Assembly (NCBI RefSeq): GCF_018350175.1
Contig: NC_058368.1
Location: forward strand, 52,764,001 to 52,828,000
Reading direction: 5' to 3'
DNA: 64,000 bases
Origin: Felis catus
Taxonomy: Eukaryota
Positions 36,961 through 49,222 of the stretch are shown one piece after another (within the stretch, counting starts at the first letter, position 1; every line of letters begins with the position of its first letter). Made by a program: the position numbers and the translations under genes. The notes beneath the pieces are model-generated. The model did no database searches and was not told the DNA's origin. It was given only the letters and a program-made list of their open reading frames with translations.

Positions 36961-39321
36961 TAGGGCGCCTCTCTGGTTGTCAAAGGAAGGCTTTATGGAG
37001 CTTGATCAACGCACGCACGCACATTCCTCCTGCTACCTAATTGGCCATTGGGCCTGCTGCCATCTGAGCAGTGGGATTTGCACACCCATAGCTCTGCCTT
37101 AGCTGAAATGCACTTCCTCCTTTCAGGGGAGGGTGAATTCTAAGAGCAGTCACAGGGATCCCTTGTCTGCCAGCTTTCTCCTAGGGGAAAAGCACCGAGC
37201 TTCATTAGGTGGACCGACTATAGCAAACTCTCCAAAGGATGTGTCAGCATTTATGCTATGCTGATTAAACCACAGAAAACAAATCACTCACTGCCTAATG
37301 TGCAATGCAATGTAGCTTATTTGATAGTATATTTATGCACACATCTTCAGGAACAATATCCTTGTAAATCTTGTATCAGACCCTTGGGGAGATATTGGTA
37401 GTAAGCAGGAAACCAGCAAACACATTGATCCTACATGCTCTGTGATGTTAGCAGTCGTCATGAAATTGAATTTCATCTTAACATATTAAAATCAATATAC
37501 AGTGTTCAGTTTAATTTAGAATGTAAATACCATCAAGGGTTTTCAAGACAGAGAAAATAATAGTTTCTAGCTCGGGTATGTATCATTACACAGGCCACTT
37601 TCCATTTTTTAGAAGACGCATGACCCCGGAATAGAAAAATCTCTAGCTCAGCCTGTTAGAGGAAACGGGAACTCAAGTTCTCAATTGATCAGAATCAGTC
37701 GCTAAGAAGGGGTTCTCATTTTAAACTAACGTGGAAAGTGTAGCTATTTTTCTCCATAGTTTTGTTTTGAAATAAAATCTTGCCTAAAGTTGCACTTGCT
37801 GGTTTTAATTCTCAGCTGAGCTGAGCCGTGTGTCAGAGACAAGGCTCCTTTGTAAAACTGCAGTGGGAGGGTAGTGGCATTTTCTCAGCCTGTTACAAAC
37901 CCCAACGAAGTTCTCTTTGACATCATTAGAGATGTGGGCCCAAGTGCTATTCCTTCTCTTGCGGTATGGGGGTAGGAAGTTCAGAGGGCAAGGGCCCCCA
38001 CTTCTCTCACAATCCTGTTCTGCTTTCTCCTCCAAAACTTTCTAATTTCGTGGATAAAATGGGAAATGGTCATTATTGTGATTGCTCTTGTGTAAGCTTA
38101 TTGCATGTTTATTGAAGAACGGAGATGAGCCAGGGACGATGGCATTCAATTCTTGACCTGTGTGGTTCTAGTTAATATCTTACTAGCCCTCTGGCGTCGG
38201 CATCGTTGGTATTTCTATTTCATAGATGGCAATTGGCCGCCTAAAGGAGTGAAGCTGCTTGGCCAAAGTCTCACAGCATGTAAATAACAATCAGAATTTG
38301 AACCTGGGTTTGTGGGACCCCGGAACTGGAGCTCTTGTCTGTGACTGGCCTGGAGGGGGTAGCCGGGCTCTCTTGGAGAAATTATTCAGTCTTCAAGCAA
38401 CTTTCAAGCCTCTCCTTCTAGAGAGACTTGAAAAGAATGCAGGAGGAGAAAGGGATTGTCGTCTGATCTCAGTGTGAAAGTGTGTGTTTCCCAGAGCACC
38501 GGGGTAAGGAAGAGAGTAGACACAGGGGCCGTTAGCAGCCGCGATTTTGTGGCTCAGTACATCCTTCCGTTTTCATCATTGCTGCTGGCTCTTGTGAACA
38601 CACTAGTTCCGTAGATCTCTTTTAAATACCTGAAAGGCTGAATAGGAAGTAGTTAGTCAATTGGGTAGCTCTCCGAAGTACACAGCCACATGAGTCAGGC
38701 CTGAAGAGCACATTCATCTTTTCTTTCCTTCGGACTGGCACATGCAATGCCCAAAGAGTACGTAATCGTCCAGTCCAAGATGCTTATTGCCTGTGCTACC
38801 TGAGCACTCTGAAAAAATAAATAAATAAAGCCCCTTAGTGGTATTTAAGTAGTCCCACTTTTATCCTTAAAAGAATATATATTACCCACTGGTTTCTAGA
38901 TTTCTTGCGGTGATTGAGTAGGGCCGTACTTTTAGGAGCCACTTCTCAGGTTAGGATCACAGGGATGCTGTGAGGTAATGTCTGGAAAGCACTTTGAGCT
39001 CCTTGGAGAAAGGTGCTACGTCAATACCGTGTATTATTATTTATTGTCAGCCTGAGAGAAAAGCACAGGCAGGAGATGCCTTTTGTCTCCTTCCCTGGAT
39101 ACACCAATGCCGTGGTGTAGGTAGTTTTCAACTGGGGGAATGTTCCAGCACAAGCAGCCTTTGACTGAAAAGATGCAGGCTGCATCAAGGACACCTCCAG
39201 GGACTGGGGATCGGTTTAGGGCCACAGACGAAGAGGGACACACTCTGCAATTGTGCAAACCAATCCCACTCTCGCTTAACGAGCAGAAGCCGTGCTCTTG
39301 TTACACTGGGAATTGGATTTA

Positions 39322-39483
39322 GTGGGGGAGGACAGAGAGAAAGGGAGACAGAGACTCCCAAGCAGGCTCCTCACCGTCAGTGCAGAGCCTGATGCAGGGC
39401 TCGAACCCACGAAACCAAGAGATCATGACCTGAGCCGAAACAAAGACTCAGATGCTTAACCAACTGACCCATCCAGGTGCCCC
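39322..39483 (-). mobile_element. CAN-SINE lacking its 3' tail
   Basis: Head intact (ccatccaggtgcccc); A tail and TSD not found. Confidence 0.88.
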
Positions 39484-39545
39484 AAGTCATCTTTTAGTTC
39501 TCAGTTCAAATGCCATGACTTCTTCTCAAAACTTATCGAAATAGC

Positions 39546-39918
39546 TGATACGGTTGAACTCTGTGCCCGCTCCTTCCCCCATATTCATATGGCGAAGCTC
39601 TAACTCCCAGGACCTCAGAATGTGACTGTATTTGGAGGCAGGGTCATAAATTAAAGTTAAATAAGGTCATTAAGGGGAGCCCTAATCTAATTTGACTGGT
39701 GTCCTTACAGGGAGAGGAGATTGGGATGCAGACCGCACGGTGGGAAGGCCATTCGAGGACACAGGGAGAAGGTGCCCGTCTACAAGCCAACAAGAGAGAT
39801 CTTAGCAGAAACCAACCTTGCCAACACCTTGATCTTGGACTTCCGGCCTCCAGAAGTTATGTTATGTAAGCTACCCAGTTTTGGTACTTTGTTATAGAAG
39901 TCCTTGCAAACAAATACA
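39546..39918 (+). mobile_element. MaLR solo LTR (MLT1A/B-like)
   Basis: tgatacggttgaactctgtgc...acctcagaatgtgactgtatttggag...ttgatcttggacttccggcctccagaa...caaacaaataca. Confidence 0.87.
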
Positions 39919-40034
39919 ATACCCCAAAAGTAGTTACAGAAAAAGATGCTTTTGTAAAATGTTGCTACTGAAAATGTAGTCCACAAGCTAATGGCAGTGG
40001 TATCACCTTTTCTTGGTAAGAACTGCAGACTCTT

Positions 40035-40271
40035 GGGGCGCCTGGGTGGCGCAGTCAGTTAAGCGTCCGACTTCAGCCAGGTCACGATCTCACGGTCCGT
40101 GAGTTTGAGCCCCGCGTCAGGCTCTGGGCTGATGGCTCAGAGCCTGGAGCCTGTTTCCGATTCTGTGTCTTCCTCTCTCTCTGCCCCACCCCCGTTCATG
40201 CTCTGTCTCTCTCTGTCCCCAAAAAATAAATAAACCTTGAAAAAAAAATACATTTAAAAAAAAAAAAAAAA
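40035..40271 (+). mobile_element. Young SINEC_Fc
   Basis: Perfect 17-bp TSD aagaactgcagactctt (40018-40034, 40272-40288); long A tail. Confidence 0.97.
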
Positions 40272-40579
40272 AAGAACTGCAGACTCTTAAGCCTTACCCA
40301 GAACTTTGGAATTGAAATTTGCCTTTTAATGAAATCTCCAAATGATCTGTATGCATGTTAAAGGGTAAGAAGAGATGCCATTGAATGATTCAGTTGGCTT
40401 TGAAACTACTCCCAAAATTAGTGTTTAAATGGGCAGGAATTTATTATTTCTCATGATTCTGTGGGTTGTCTGGGTCATTTCTCTGCTGGTTCCACCTGGC
40501 TGCATGTGGCTACATTCATACAGCCTTTGCTAAGCAACCTCACCTCCTGAGAGTTTTATAACTTTTTTGTTTGTTTGTT

Positions 40580-40791
40580 TCCATTGTTCATACTATACAG
40601 CTACCTTATATTTACAACCAGCAGTACTATTTTTCTATTTATGTTGGGAACATAAAATTTCATCTTTCAGTAAATACGCTTTTAAAAAAAAGAAGTTAAT
40701 GCAAAGAAAGTTCAGTAAATGTTATAGGCTGTCTGAGGCTGTAGCAGAAATCATGAAGTTCGATGTGAACAATTAAAGTTTGAGAAACACT
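40580..40791. mobile_element. hAT-Charlie MITE end (MER113-like)
   Basis: Ends aaagtttgagaaacact, resembling the MER113/MER112 terminus. Confidence 0.45.
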
Positions 40792-41493
40792 CTTGTATTT
40801 CAAAATTTGCAAATTTTCCAAGGAGTCAAAGGCTCACCTACTCTTCTCAATAAATGTAGGTGTCTTCAAGGGGGTGGCAGGGAAATGGAAAGACATCAGG
40901 TCATTAAGATATTTCTTCTCCCTTAGACCCAGGAATCAAGTGGGAGCTCAGGGTGAAGGTGAGAAGCGCCTCCCTACTTCCTCTCTTACTATGTTTCCGT
41001 TTCCACCCAGGATTATTATGGTAATATCAGCACCTGACATTTATGTGGGGTTTTATGGTTTGAAAAGCTCTTACGCGTGCTTGATGTCATTTGATCTGTA
41101 AAGCATTTGATCTGTATGGCATTTTATCCTATATAGAAAGTAAGCAGAGTGATCGCTTGTCTTTGAAGGACAGGAAAGCCTGGTTATTGTTGGGACAGCT
41201 GTCGCGGTGGGGGCAGAGCTTCTCCGATATGCACGGTTTTCTATAAAGCTGACCCCGTTTGTTGGAAGCCAACTGTGCTTTTCGGTCTTCTGGGAATCGC
41301 TGAGTGAAGCAGAGTCAACGTTAACTGCACGTTTTCCAGGGAAGGGCAGGGCCAATGGATTGAACCGTGTGGTGGAGAGTGGTTGGCCAAAAATCCAGGA
41401 CTCTTGCAGGGTGGGCCACATGGGAGTCCTTTGCAGCCCTGCCTCATGGTCTTGGAAGAGGCATTTTATACTTGACAATATTGGCATGAAGTT

Positions 41494-41510
41494 GTGCGCC
41501 CTCTACAGTC
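41494..41510 (-). promoter_or_regulatory. CTCF-like motif
   Basis: Reverse complement GACTGTAGAGGGCGCAC matches the CTCF core CCASYAGRKGGCRS at 12/14 positions, with the CpG retained. Confidence 0.5.
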
Positions 41511-42118
41511 CTCCCATCCTTCCAGCCCTGATTGAAATCCTAATTTCTTTTCTCAGGTCACAGAGGTGGAATTTCTCTCTCCTTTTCTTGCAGTTTCACA
41601 GAAACTTTAAGGTTCCTCTATTGTATCATTTGTCACCTTATCTTGGAGTTGTTTGTGTTTGTGTCTACTCTCAGTGCTAAACGGCAGACAAAAGTCTTAC
41701 CCATGTTTCTTTAGACCAAAGCCCTGGTACCTACTTTGCATGTGGCAGGTGCTGAAGGAGGCTTTTATTCTCAAGTACTTGAGAATAAAACACAAGAGAC
41801 AAAACGTTTCCAAAAGAGCAAAAATTTAAGCATGTTGTTTCTTATCAATATCCTCTTGAGACTTATATTTTGTGAACTGTAGTGACGTCTAAAATTGTGT
41901 GGTCCAGTTCACCTTTTTTTATTTTTCCATTTTCTACCATCCTTTGTAGATATGAAATTTCAGGGCCATCTAGGAATTATGACTGAATCAAGTAGTGCTA
42001 TCTTGTGGGACTTTGAGCAGGTTTTTATTTTTAATTAAAAAAAAGGTGTGGTCCTCATTCCTCTACTACACTTTGAAAATTACAGGCATACGACTGAATT
42101 GTGAAATAGTCCTACTTA

Positions 42119-42332
42119 AAAAAAATTCTTTTTAATGTTTATTTATTTTTGAGTGAGAGAGACGGAGTGCTAATGGAAGAGGGGCAGAGAGCGAGGGAGA
42201 CACAGAATCCGAAGCAGGCTCCAGGCTCTGAGCCGTCAGCACAGAGACTGACGTAGGGCTCGAACTCACAGACTGCAAGATCATGACCTGAGCCGAAGTC
42301 GACGCTTAACCGACTGAGCCACCCAGGTGCCC
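42119..42332 (-). mobile_element. CAN-SINE
   Basis: Full structure; TSD agt(t)cctactt. Confidence 0.95.
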
Positions 42333-42411
42333 AGTTCCTACTTTTACTAAGGAGTTATGTGTACATTAATTAGAAGTTATTCAGACACTAGTATGTGTTA
42401 AAAATATTCCA

Positions 42412-42630
42412 GGGGCACCTGGTTGGCTCAGTTGGCCAAGCCTCCTACTTTCGCTCGGGTCATGATCTCATGGTTCACGAGTTCGAGCCCTGTGTCAGGC
42501 CCTGTGCTGGCAGCTCAGAGCCTGGAGCTTGCCTTGGATTCTGTGTCTCCCTCTCTCTCTGCCCCTCCCCTGCTCGCACTTTGTCTTTCTGTCTCTCAAA
42601 AATGAATAAACATTAAAAAACATTTTAAAA
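42412..42630 (+). mobile_element. CAN-SINE
   Basis: ggggcacctggttggctcag head, CT tract, tail. Confidence 0.95.
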
Positions 42631-42821
42631 AATCCAGATAATGTCACTTGAGTAAGATTTTAACAAGTGGAACTAATGCCATATATGGTAATGTAATCAT
42701 TTACATGAGAAGTATGATTGGTTTAACATTCAAAATAAAGGCTACTTAAACAGGCATATATTTTGCCAGTTGCTTTTTACGTTTTTAAGTAACGTATAAT
42801 TAAAATTATTAATTTAATTAA

Positions 42822-42932
42822 TAAATTTAGTTTAAATTAATAAACAATTAATTTAACTATCTTTCCATAAGTCTAGTTTAAATTTAGTTTAAATTAATAA
42901 ACAATTAATTTAACTATCTTTCGGTAAGTCTA
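42822..42932. repeat. Local tandem duplication (two 54-bp copies, 57-bp period)
   Basis: taaatttagtttaaattaataaacaattaatttaactatctttc(ca/gg)taagtcta at 42822-42875 and 42879-42932. Confidence 0.95.
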
Positions 42933-44199
42933 CAGCACCAGAGCTTGACTTCCCATGAACACTTGGTTTTCCCCTCTAATACTGAGTATTGCACTGTCTT
43001 TTCATCCAGGTCCTGAATTTTACTAAGGGGAAAGTGTCAAGCATCATGTAAAGGCTACGCAGTGTTTCTGATCATGTGCAAAACCCTAGACATATTTTGT
43101 TTATTTGTGTAATTACTCCTCTTAGCTGTGAAAATTTGGAAGTGCAGGTACAGGAGCAAAGTCTGCATGACTTACTGGATTTGTTCCATATGTTGACTTT
43201 TAAAAACCAGCACATGTCAAGAGCAAGTTGGTAAAAGGCAAAAAAACAATCCCTGATATGACCTTTCCCAGCCTCCCATGAAAATGCCCAGATAGGGAGC
43301 TCAATATCATTTAGAAAACATAGTCTCTTAGAAGCTTCCACAGTGTGTCATGGGGACTGAGATGCACAGACAGGGAGAGCTGCAGAAGAAAGTGACTGTT
43401 GATTGACTTCAAACAAGGGAAAATGGATTAAGATGCATATATTTTAGTAAAAATTTAACGTATATTAAAGGGAACGGAGATGAAAACTTTGAAAGGCTTG
43501 AATACTCCTGAAAATGAAAACTCACACTCAACCATATGGCAGAGTCCAGGAGGGAGGCGAGTCTTGCCATCTGTGGTTTGAAGACACGGGTTTGGAGAAT
43601 CCAGCTGTAGCTCACACATGCACTTTGAACGTGAACAGCACGGCTGGCTGGTGAGTGGGATGGAGGGACAATGTTGACTCTTTTCTTCAGACTGCCTCTT
43701 GGGTGAAGAGGTTAGAGCAGGTAACTGGGCAGTTGCCATTTACTGGTTAGGACGTTTCCCCGTTGGCCAAAATAGAAGCAGCTCCTCTTTGTGTATACTA
43801 TTACTTCTGGTATTCAGTACATCCGGAGTTGAACTGTGAACTGATGCGCCCTAGAATCCTTAGTCACTAGGTAAACAACATGCTTAGTTACTAGGTAAAT
43901 ATCAAGTATATACACATGTTTATGTGAGTATGCACTTGTGTCCTTAGTAAAATTTTAGAGAACTTGGAAACTATGATTTATAAGGTTCTCAGACCACATT
44001 CTCTCACCATAATATAACAAGCAATACATTCTATTGAAAAAATTTTAAATAGAGATGTTCAGGCCCTTAAAAGTTAAGAAAACTGCTTTCCTAGTAAGTT
44101 GGTTAATATAGAAATCAAGAATGAAGTTATAGATTATGTCAAACATGCAAACATGAAAATATTATTATATATCAAAATGTGTGGTGTATCTACGGATGT

Positions 44200-44720
44200 G
44201 CTCAGAAACATATGAGCTTTAAAAGAGAGAGAATGTAAATCATTTAATCACTGAACCCAACAGTTAAAAGAAAGAAAAGAAAACCTGACAGGAAATCAAA
44301 ACGATGAAAATAGCAAAATTAAAAGCATAATTAGAAAATGAATCTAAGAACTGGTTTCTTTTTAAGAACCTCAATGAACCAGATAAACACTTAGTAAAGC
44401 TACTGAATAATTGAAGAGATAAAATATATGAAATTAGAAATAAGAAAAAAGTGATCATAACTCCTCGCAAGAGCACACTATGTACAATTTTATATTAATA
44501 ATTGGAGTCTAAATGAGATGTATGATGAGACGTATGATGATTTGGGGAAACAAACCATATATGGTCAAAACCATATATGGTCATAGAAAACCTGCATAGA
44601 TAATAAAAATATAAGAAATCGTTAAAACTTTTTTGTGAAGAAAATTTTTGCCAAGATAATTGTACAGCCCATAATAAAAAAAATCTGCAAAATTTACTGA
44701 CGGAAAAAAGTTCAGAGCAG
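44200..44720 (+). mobile_element. Highly decayed L1 ORF2 fragments
   Basis: A-rich strand; aatgaatctaagaactggtttctttttaag...gataaacacttagtaaag resembles the L1 ORF2 SWFFEKINKIDKPL region. Confidence 0.55.
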
Positions 44721-47368
44721 AAGGGATATGCATTTGGGCGGACACCAGCATGGCTTCCCCCATCCTAGAAGCACTTGGAAATGGGTCCTTGGACAGCGGG
44801 GATTCCTGAGAGATGGTGATAAACAGAGCCCCCTACTGACCCTACTGGACACATAACTTCAGTGAGAAATAGAGCTCAGGATTGGTTGAACGGTTGCTAT
44901 CTGGAGGTTGCTGGTCTGTCTTGACAGATACTATGCTAATATAAAAACATATCCAACAACATTGAATAAATTACTCAAAAATAGACCCATTATCTAAAAG
45001 GCATCACAGATAAGTGCAGAAGGCATGAAGATTAGTTAAATGGATAAACAGAAATTTTAGTTTTTATTATCATAGAACAAAATCATTTTCACATGGATTA
45101 GAGAGTTCGAGGTAAAAACGCAAGCCATATAAAAGTAAAAAAAAAGATGATAGTGATGGTTGAAACTCTGAATAGATCTGTATGCTTTTGAGGGGCTTAA
45201 AAAATTTTTTTGGAGCTGGAAGAAAAAGTTCTCTCCAAAGAAAGCCCCATGCAATTTAAATTAATAAATGTTGAATTAAATATTAAGAAACTATAGCCCA
45301 GTCAGTTGGCATCCAACTCATCTCATATGTAATTATATATGAGTTCTTAAATCGCAAGAATAAAGGCATGTGATTTATTCTTAGCACAACTCATATTTTA
45401 GCTTACAAGATCTTACAATCAACATCGAAGATGACTTCTAGAATTCCAAGGCATCATTGGCCAGAGTTAGAGGCATGGGTTCTTGAGTTGGCTCTTCTGC
45501 TTATCAGCAATGGGAGCTTCTTCAGCCATATGGCCTCTGGGGGATGGTTTCTTTTTCTGCAAAAGGTATTGGACTAGAAGGCCTTTACAAGTGTGAAAGA
45601 CTGTGATGGTGTAGCTACCCCTGTGAATAGTGTAGCTCTCCACGGCAATCAAAATATTACGCAATATTGTTATGAGGGGATATGAAATGGTACACAGACT
45701 GGTTTAAGGGAAAGTATGTATTTATAAAAGCACGAATTAAACAAATTAGTCATATTTTCCCCTTGAGATTTGAAAGTATGCATGTGCATACTTAGGTAAG
45801 GTACAAAGAAAATATGTTAGTCTCTTACTGAGTCAAACTCCAGAATTCCAAAGTCATCAATTCACTCAAAAGACCTGGCGAACTATTTTTGATGAGTGAA
45901 GTTTTGCAAATTATCCTGTAAGCAAGCCAACCCACAAAGTAAAAGAATAATATATCATGAAAAGTATTTAGGTCATTTATTTTGATATGTGAGGTTTGAT
46001 TTTAATTATTTATACAATTTCATAGTGCAGCAGTAAGTGTCTTGTGGTATTTTTCTAAAAAACAAGGAAGATGTCTAAATGTGAGCTCTCACTAGAGCTT
46101 TTTGCTGTTAAATTTTTAGAGAAACGTTTATTTAGTGAAACATCAAGTGTAAGGATAAATTACATTCAAATCAGTAAGGTTCTGATAAACCAAATGTGCT
46201 TTTAACTCACAAAATAAAAAAGAAAGTACAGACGTACTTAAGAGTAGGAAGAAGTGAAGTAACTAAGTAGTAATTTGTACCTGTGCTTCTCTGAGCTCTG
46301 CTTCTGCTTAAGGTTACTAGGAAGATTTTGAACTTGGGGTGAGATCGCAGGCTTTCCTACCGCATTCAAGGGCGAGAACAGGTGTGTCAAAGACAGTGAA
46401 ATAGCAGGTGAGGTAAAAGTCTGTCACTGAACGGGGGCATGATGGTCAGCCAACATGTATGAGCAGCTCCCCTGTGTCAGTCACTGCACGAGGCTCCAGA
46501 AATGTGAAGTGAACCGAACAGAGCTCTTGCTCTCAAGGAGCCCCAAGTCTAGTGTAAAGACAAGCATATTTATTGGTTCGGGTGAATAACATTATGTGCT
46601 CTGATAGACAAACACCCAATGCTCAATGGCTTAACACAATGTAAATTCACTTCTTAACAGGGAGTTGCCTTCTGTGTTGTCACTCAGTCGCAGGCTTCTC
46701 CCATCAAGCGCTTGCTGTCTCCTGGGGCTGTGAGGTCCTCTGCTGGACCGCTGTATGGAATCACAGAGGAACTTACAGGTCAGGACGGGGAGGGACACAT
46801 ATCACCTCTGCCCACATTCTGTTGATCAGAACTGAGTCACAAAGTCCTACTTAACTGTCAGGGAAGCCGGGGAACACATGGCAACTTTGTGCCCATGAAG
46901 TGACAAATGCGTTCTAGTGAACACATATGCCATGCCATAGCGTATGACGAAAAGGGACCTTAATCAGTGCAGGGTTACTAGAACAAAGGTAGAATACAAT
47001 GCATGGTGGAGGCCAAAGGAAGGAGGGTTGACCTGAGCTGGGGTGAGCTGACACAGGAAAAGAAATTCCATTAATGGCAAATATTAAGCTGCGTTTGCAA
47101 TTATGGGCTCAATAAATCCATAGTGGATAAAGATAACTAAAATTCTGTTTAAATTATGTTACTAGCCTCAGCTAGTTTATAATACAGAACCATGGTGGCT
47201 TTTTTAAGTGAGATTTTTATTGAGATAATTGTTGATTCACAGGCAGTCGTAAGAAATAATACAGAGCGATCTTTGTACACGTTACCAACCTACCAAATTT
47301 ATTCAGATTTTCCCAATTTTATTTGTACTCATTTATGTGTGCGTGTATATTTATTTCTATCCATTTTC

Positions 47369-47598
47369 TTTCTTTTTTTTTTTTAATTTTTTTTTCAACA
47401 TTTATTTATTTTTGGGACAGAGAGAGACAGAGCATGAACGGGGGAGGGGCAGAGAGAGAGGGAGACACAGAATCGGAAACAGGCTCCAGGCTCCGAGCCA
47501 TCAGCCCAGAGCCTGACGCGGGGCTCGAACTCACGGACCGCGAGATCGTGACCTGGCTGAAGTCGGACGCTTAACCGACTGCGCCACCCAGGCGCCCC
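47369..47598 (-). mobile_element. Young SINEC_Fc
   Basis: Essentially consensus; perfect 17-bp TSD tatttctatccattttc (47352-47368, 47599-47615). Confidence 0.97.
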
Positions 47599-48268
47599 TA
47601 TTTCTATCCATTTTCATTACGTGTGTAGGTTCATGTCTCCACCACCACAAAGTGCAGAACAGATCCATCACCACAAGGATCCCATCTCCCTTTTGCCCCC
47701 TTCCTCTATTATCCTCTGGTAACCGCTACTCCCAACTCCATTTCTAAAATTTTGTCATTTAAGAAATGTTCTACAAAGAGAATCAAACAGCATATAGCCT
47801 TGGGGGATTAGGTTTTTTCCCCCACTTGGCATAATTTTCCTCAGAGTCATCTAAGCTGTGTTTATTCGTAGCTTCTTATTTTTATTGCATTCTATTCCAC
47901 GGTTTGGATGTACCAAACCTATGTTTGTACCAAATATAAACGTATGTTTAACTGTTGGCCCATTGAAGGACATCTGGACTAATTCCTGTTTGGGGCTATT
48001 GCAAGTAAAGCTGCTAAGGACATTTCTGTATAGCTTCTTTTTTTTTCTTTTTTCTTTTTTTTCTGTCAAGAGCATCAGTTTCCATTTCTCTGGGATAGAT
48101 GCCCAAGAGTGCAATTTGCTAGGTCATATGGGATTCGTATATTTAATTTTGTAAGAAATTACTAAATTCTTTTCCAAAGTGGCTGTAGTATTTTACATTC
48201 TCACCAGCAGTGTAGGAAAGATCCAGTTTCTCCACATCTTGACCAGTGTTTAGTGTTGCCATTTTTTT

Positions 48269-48480
48269 TAACTTTTTTTTTTTTTTTTTGAGAGAGAGAG
48301 AGACAGAGTGTAAGCCGTGGAGGGACAGAGAGAGAGGGGCACACACTTCAGAATCTGAAGTTGGCTCTAGGCTCTGAGCTGTCAGCACAGAGCCCGATGC
48401 AGGGCTCAAACTTGTGAACTGTGAGATCATGACCTGAGCCGGAGTTGGACACTCAGTCGACTGAGCCACCCAGGCACCCC
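48269..48480 (-). mobile_element. CAN-SINE
   Basis: TSD tagtgttg(c/t)cattttttt. Confidence 0.95.
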
Positions 48481-48981
48481 TAGTGTTGTCATTTTTTTCG
48501 TTTTCGTTATTCTGATAGTTGTGGTTTTAATTTCCCCATTTTCCTGATAGCTAATCATGTTGGACATCTCCACCCATGCTTATTTATAAACTCTTTACCA
48601 GAACCGCAGTGGTTTTGGTTTGAAAGAGACTTTAGAAATTTTCTAAAGGAAAATTTTCTAAGAGGAAATAACTTCCTCTTCTTTTTACGTTACCTTTTTT
48701 TTAATTCTTGAAAATTCCTATTGATTCTTCGACATCTAAATGCCTCGTTGTCTTTGAAGCCTTCTTGAATTCCAAAGCCTGAGTTAATTAAGCCTTTTCT
48801 GACCTTTAAAGGCAGAGTGAATCTCTGTCTTCCCTGGGTTCCAGTTTGTTTCTCTTTCTGTTATACCAGTTATCAAAGGGTGTGTTCATTAAGGTACTTA
48901 CCTGTCTGTGCCTTGAGAGAAGGGACTGTCTTATATATTATTTGGCCTCCCCAGAACCTAGCATGGTATCTGATGCCTTTA

Positions 48982-49222
48982 TTTTTTTTTTTATTTTTAA
49001 AAAAAAATTTTTTTTTTCAACGTTTATTTATTTTTGGGACAGAGAGAGACAGAGCATGAACGGCGGAGGGGCAGAGAGAGAGAGGGAGACACAGAATCGG
49101 AAACAGGCTCCAGGCTCCGAGCCATCAGCCCAGAGCCCGACGCGGGGCTCGAACTCACGGACCGCGAGATCGTGACCTGGCTGAAGTCGGACGCTTAACT
49201 GACTGCGCCACTCAGGCGCCCC
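48982..49222 (-). mobile_element. Young SINEC_Fc
   Basis: Near-consensus; TSD tatctgatgccttta (48967-48981, 49225-49239). Confidence 0.97.

Larger units (their letters stand above)
47200..48580 (-). mobile_element. L1M(C)-type 3' portion containing two SINE insertions
   Basis: attgagataattgttgattcacaggcagtcgtaagaaataatacagag 3' end; ttccaaagtggctgtagtattttacattctcaccagcagtg ORF2 end. Confidence 0.85.

Noticed and set aside
38184..38197. Third CTCF-like word (ACGCCAGAGGGCTA, minus strand)
   Set aside because: Mismatches at both ends and lies within a MIR relic; too weak to call
41071..41680. Overlapping 138-aa (-) and 157-aa (+) ORFs
   Set aside because: No recognisable domain, non-ATG or weak starts, ends run into repeat-derived DNA; expected by chance in 64 kb
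2474..49175. Recurrent ORFs such as MAQSVKRLTSAQVMIS..., ...WDRERQSMNGGGAEREGD... and GAPGWRSRLSVRLQPG...
   Set aside because: All are translations of CAN-SINE sequence, not a gene family
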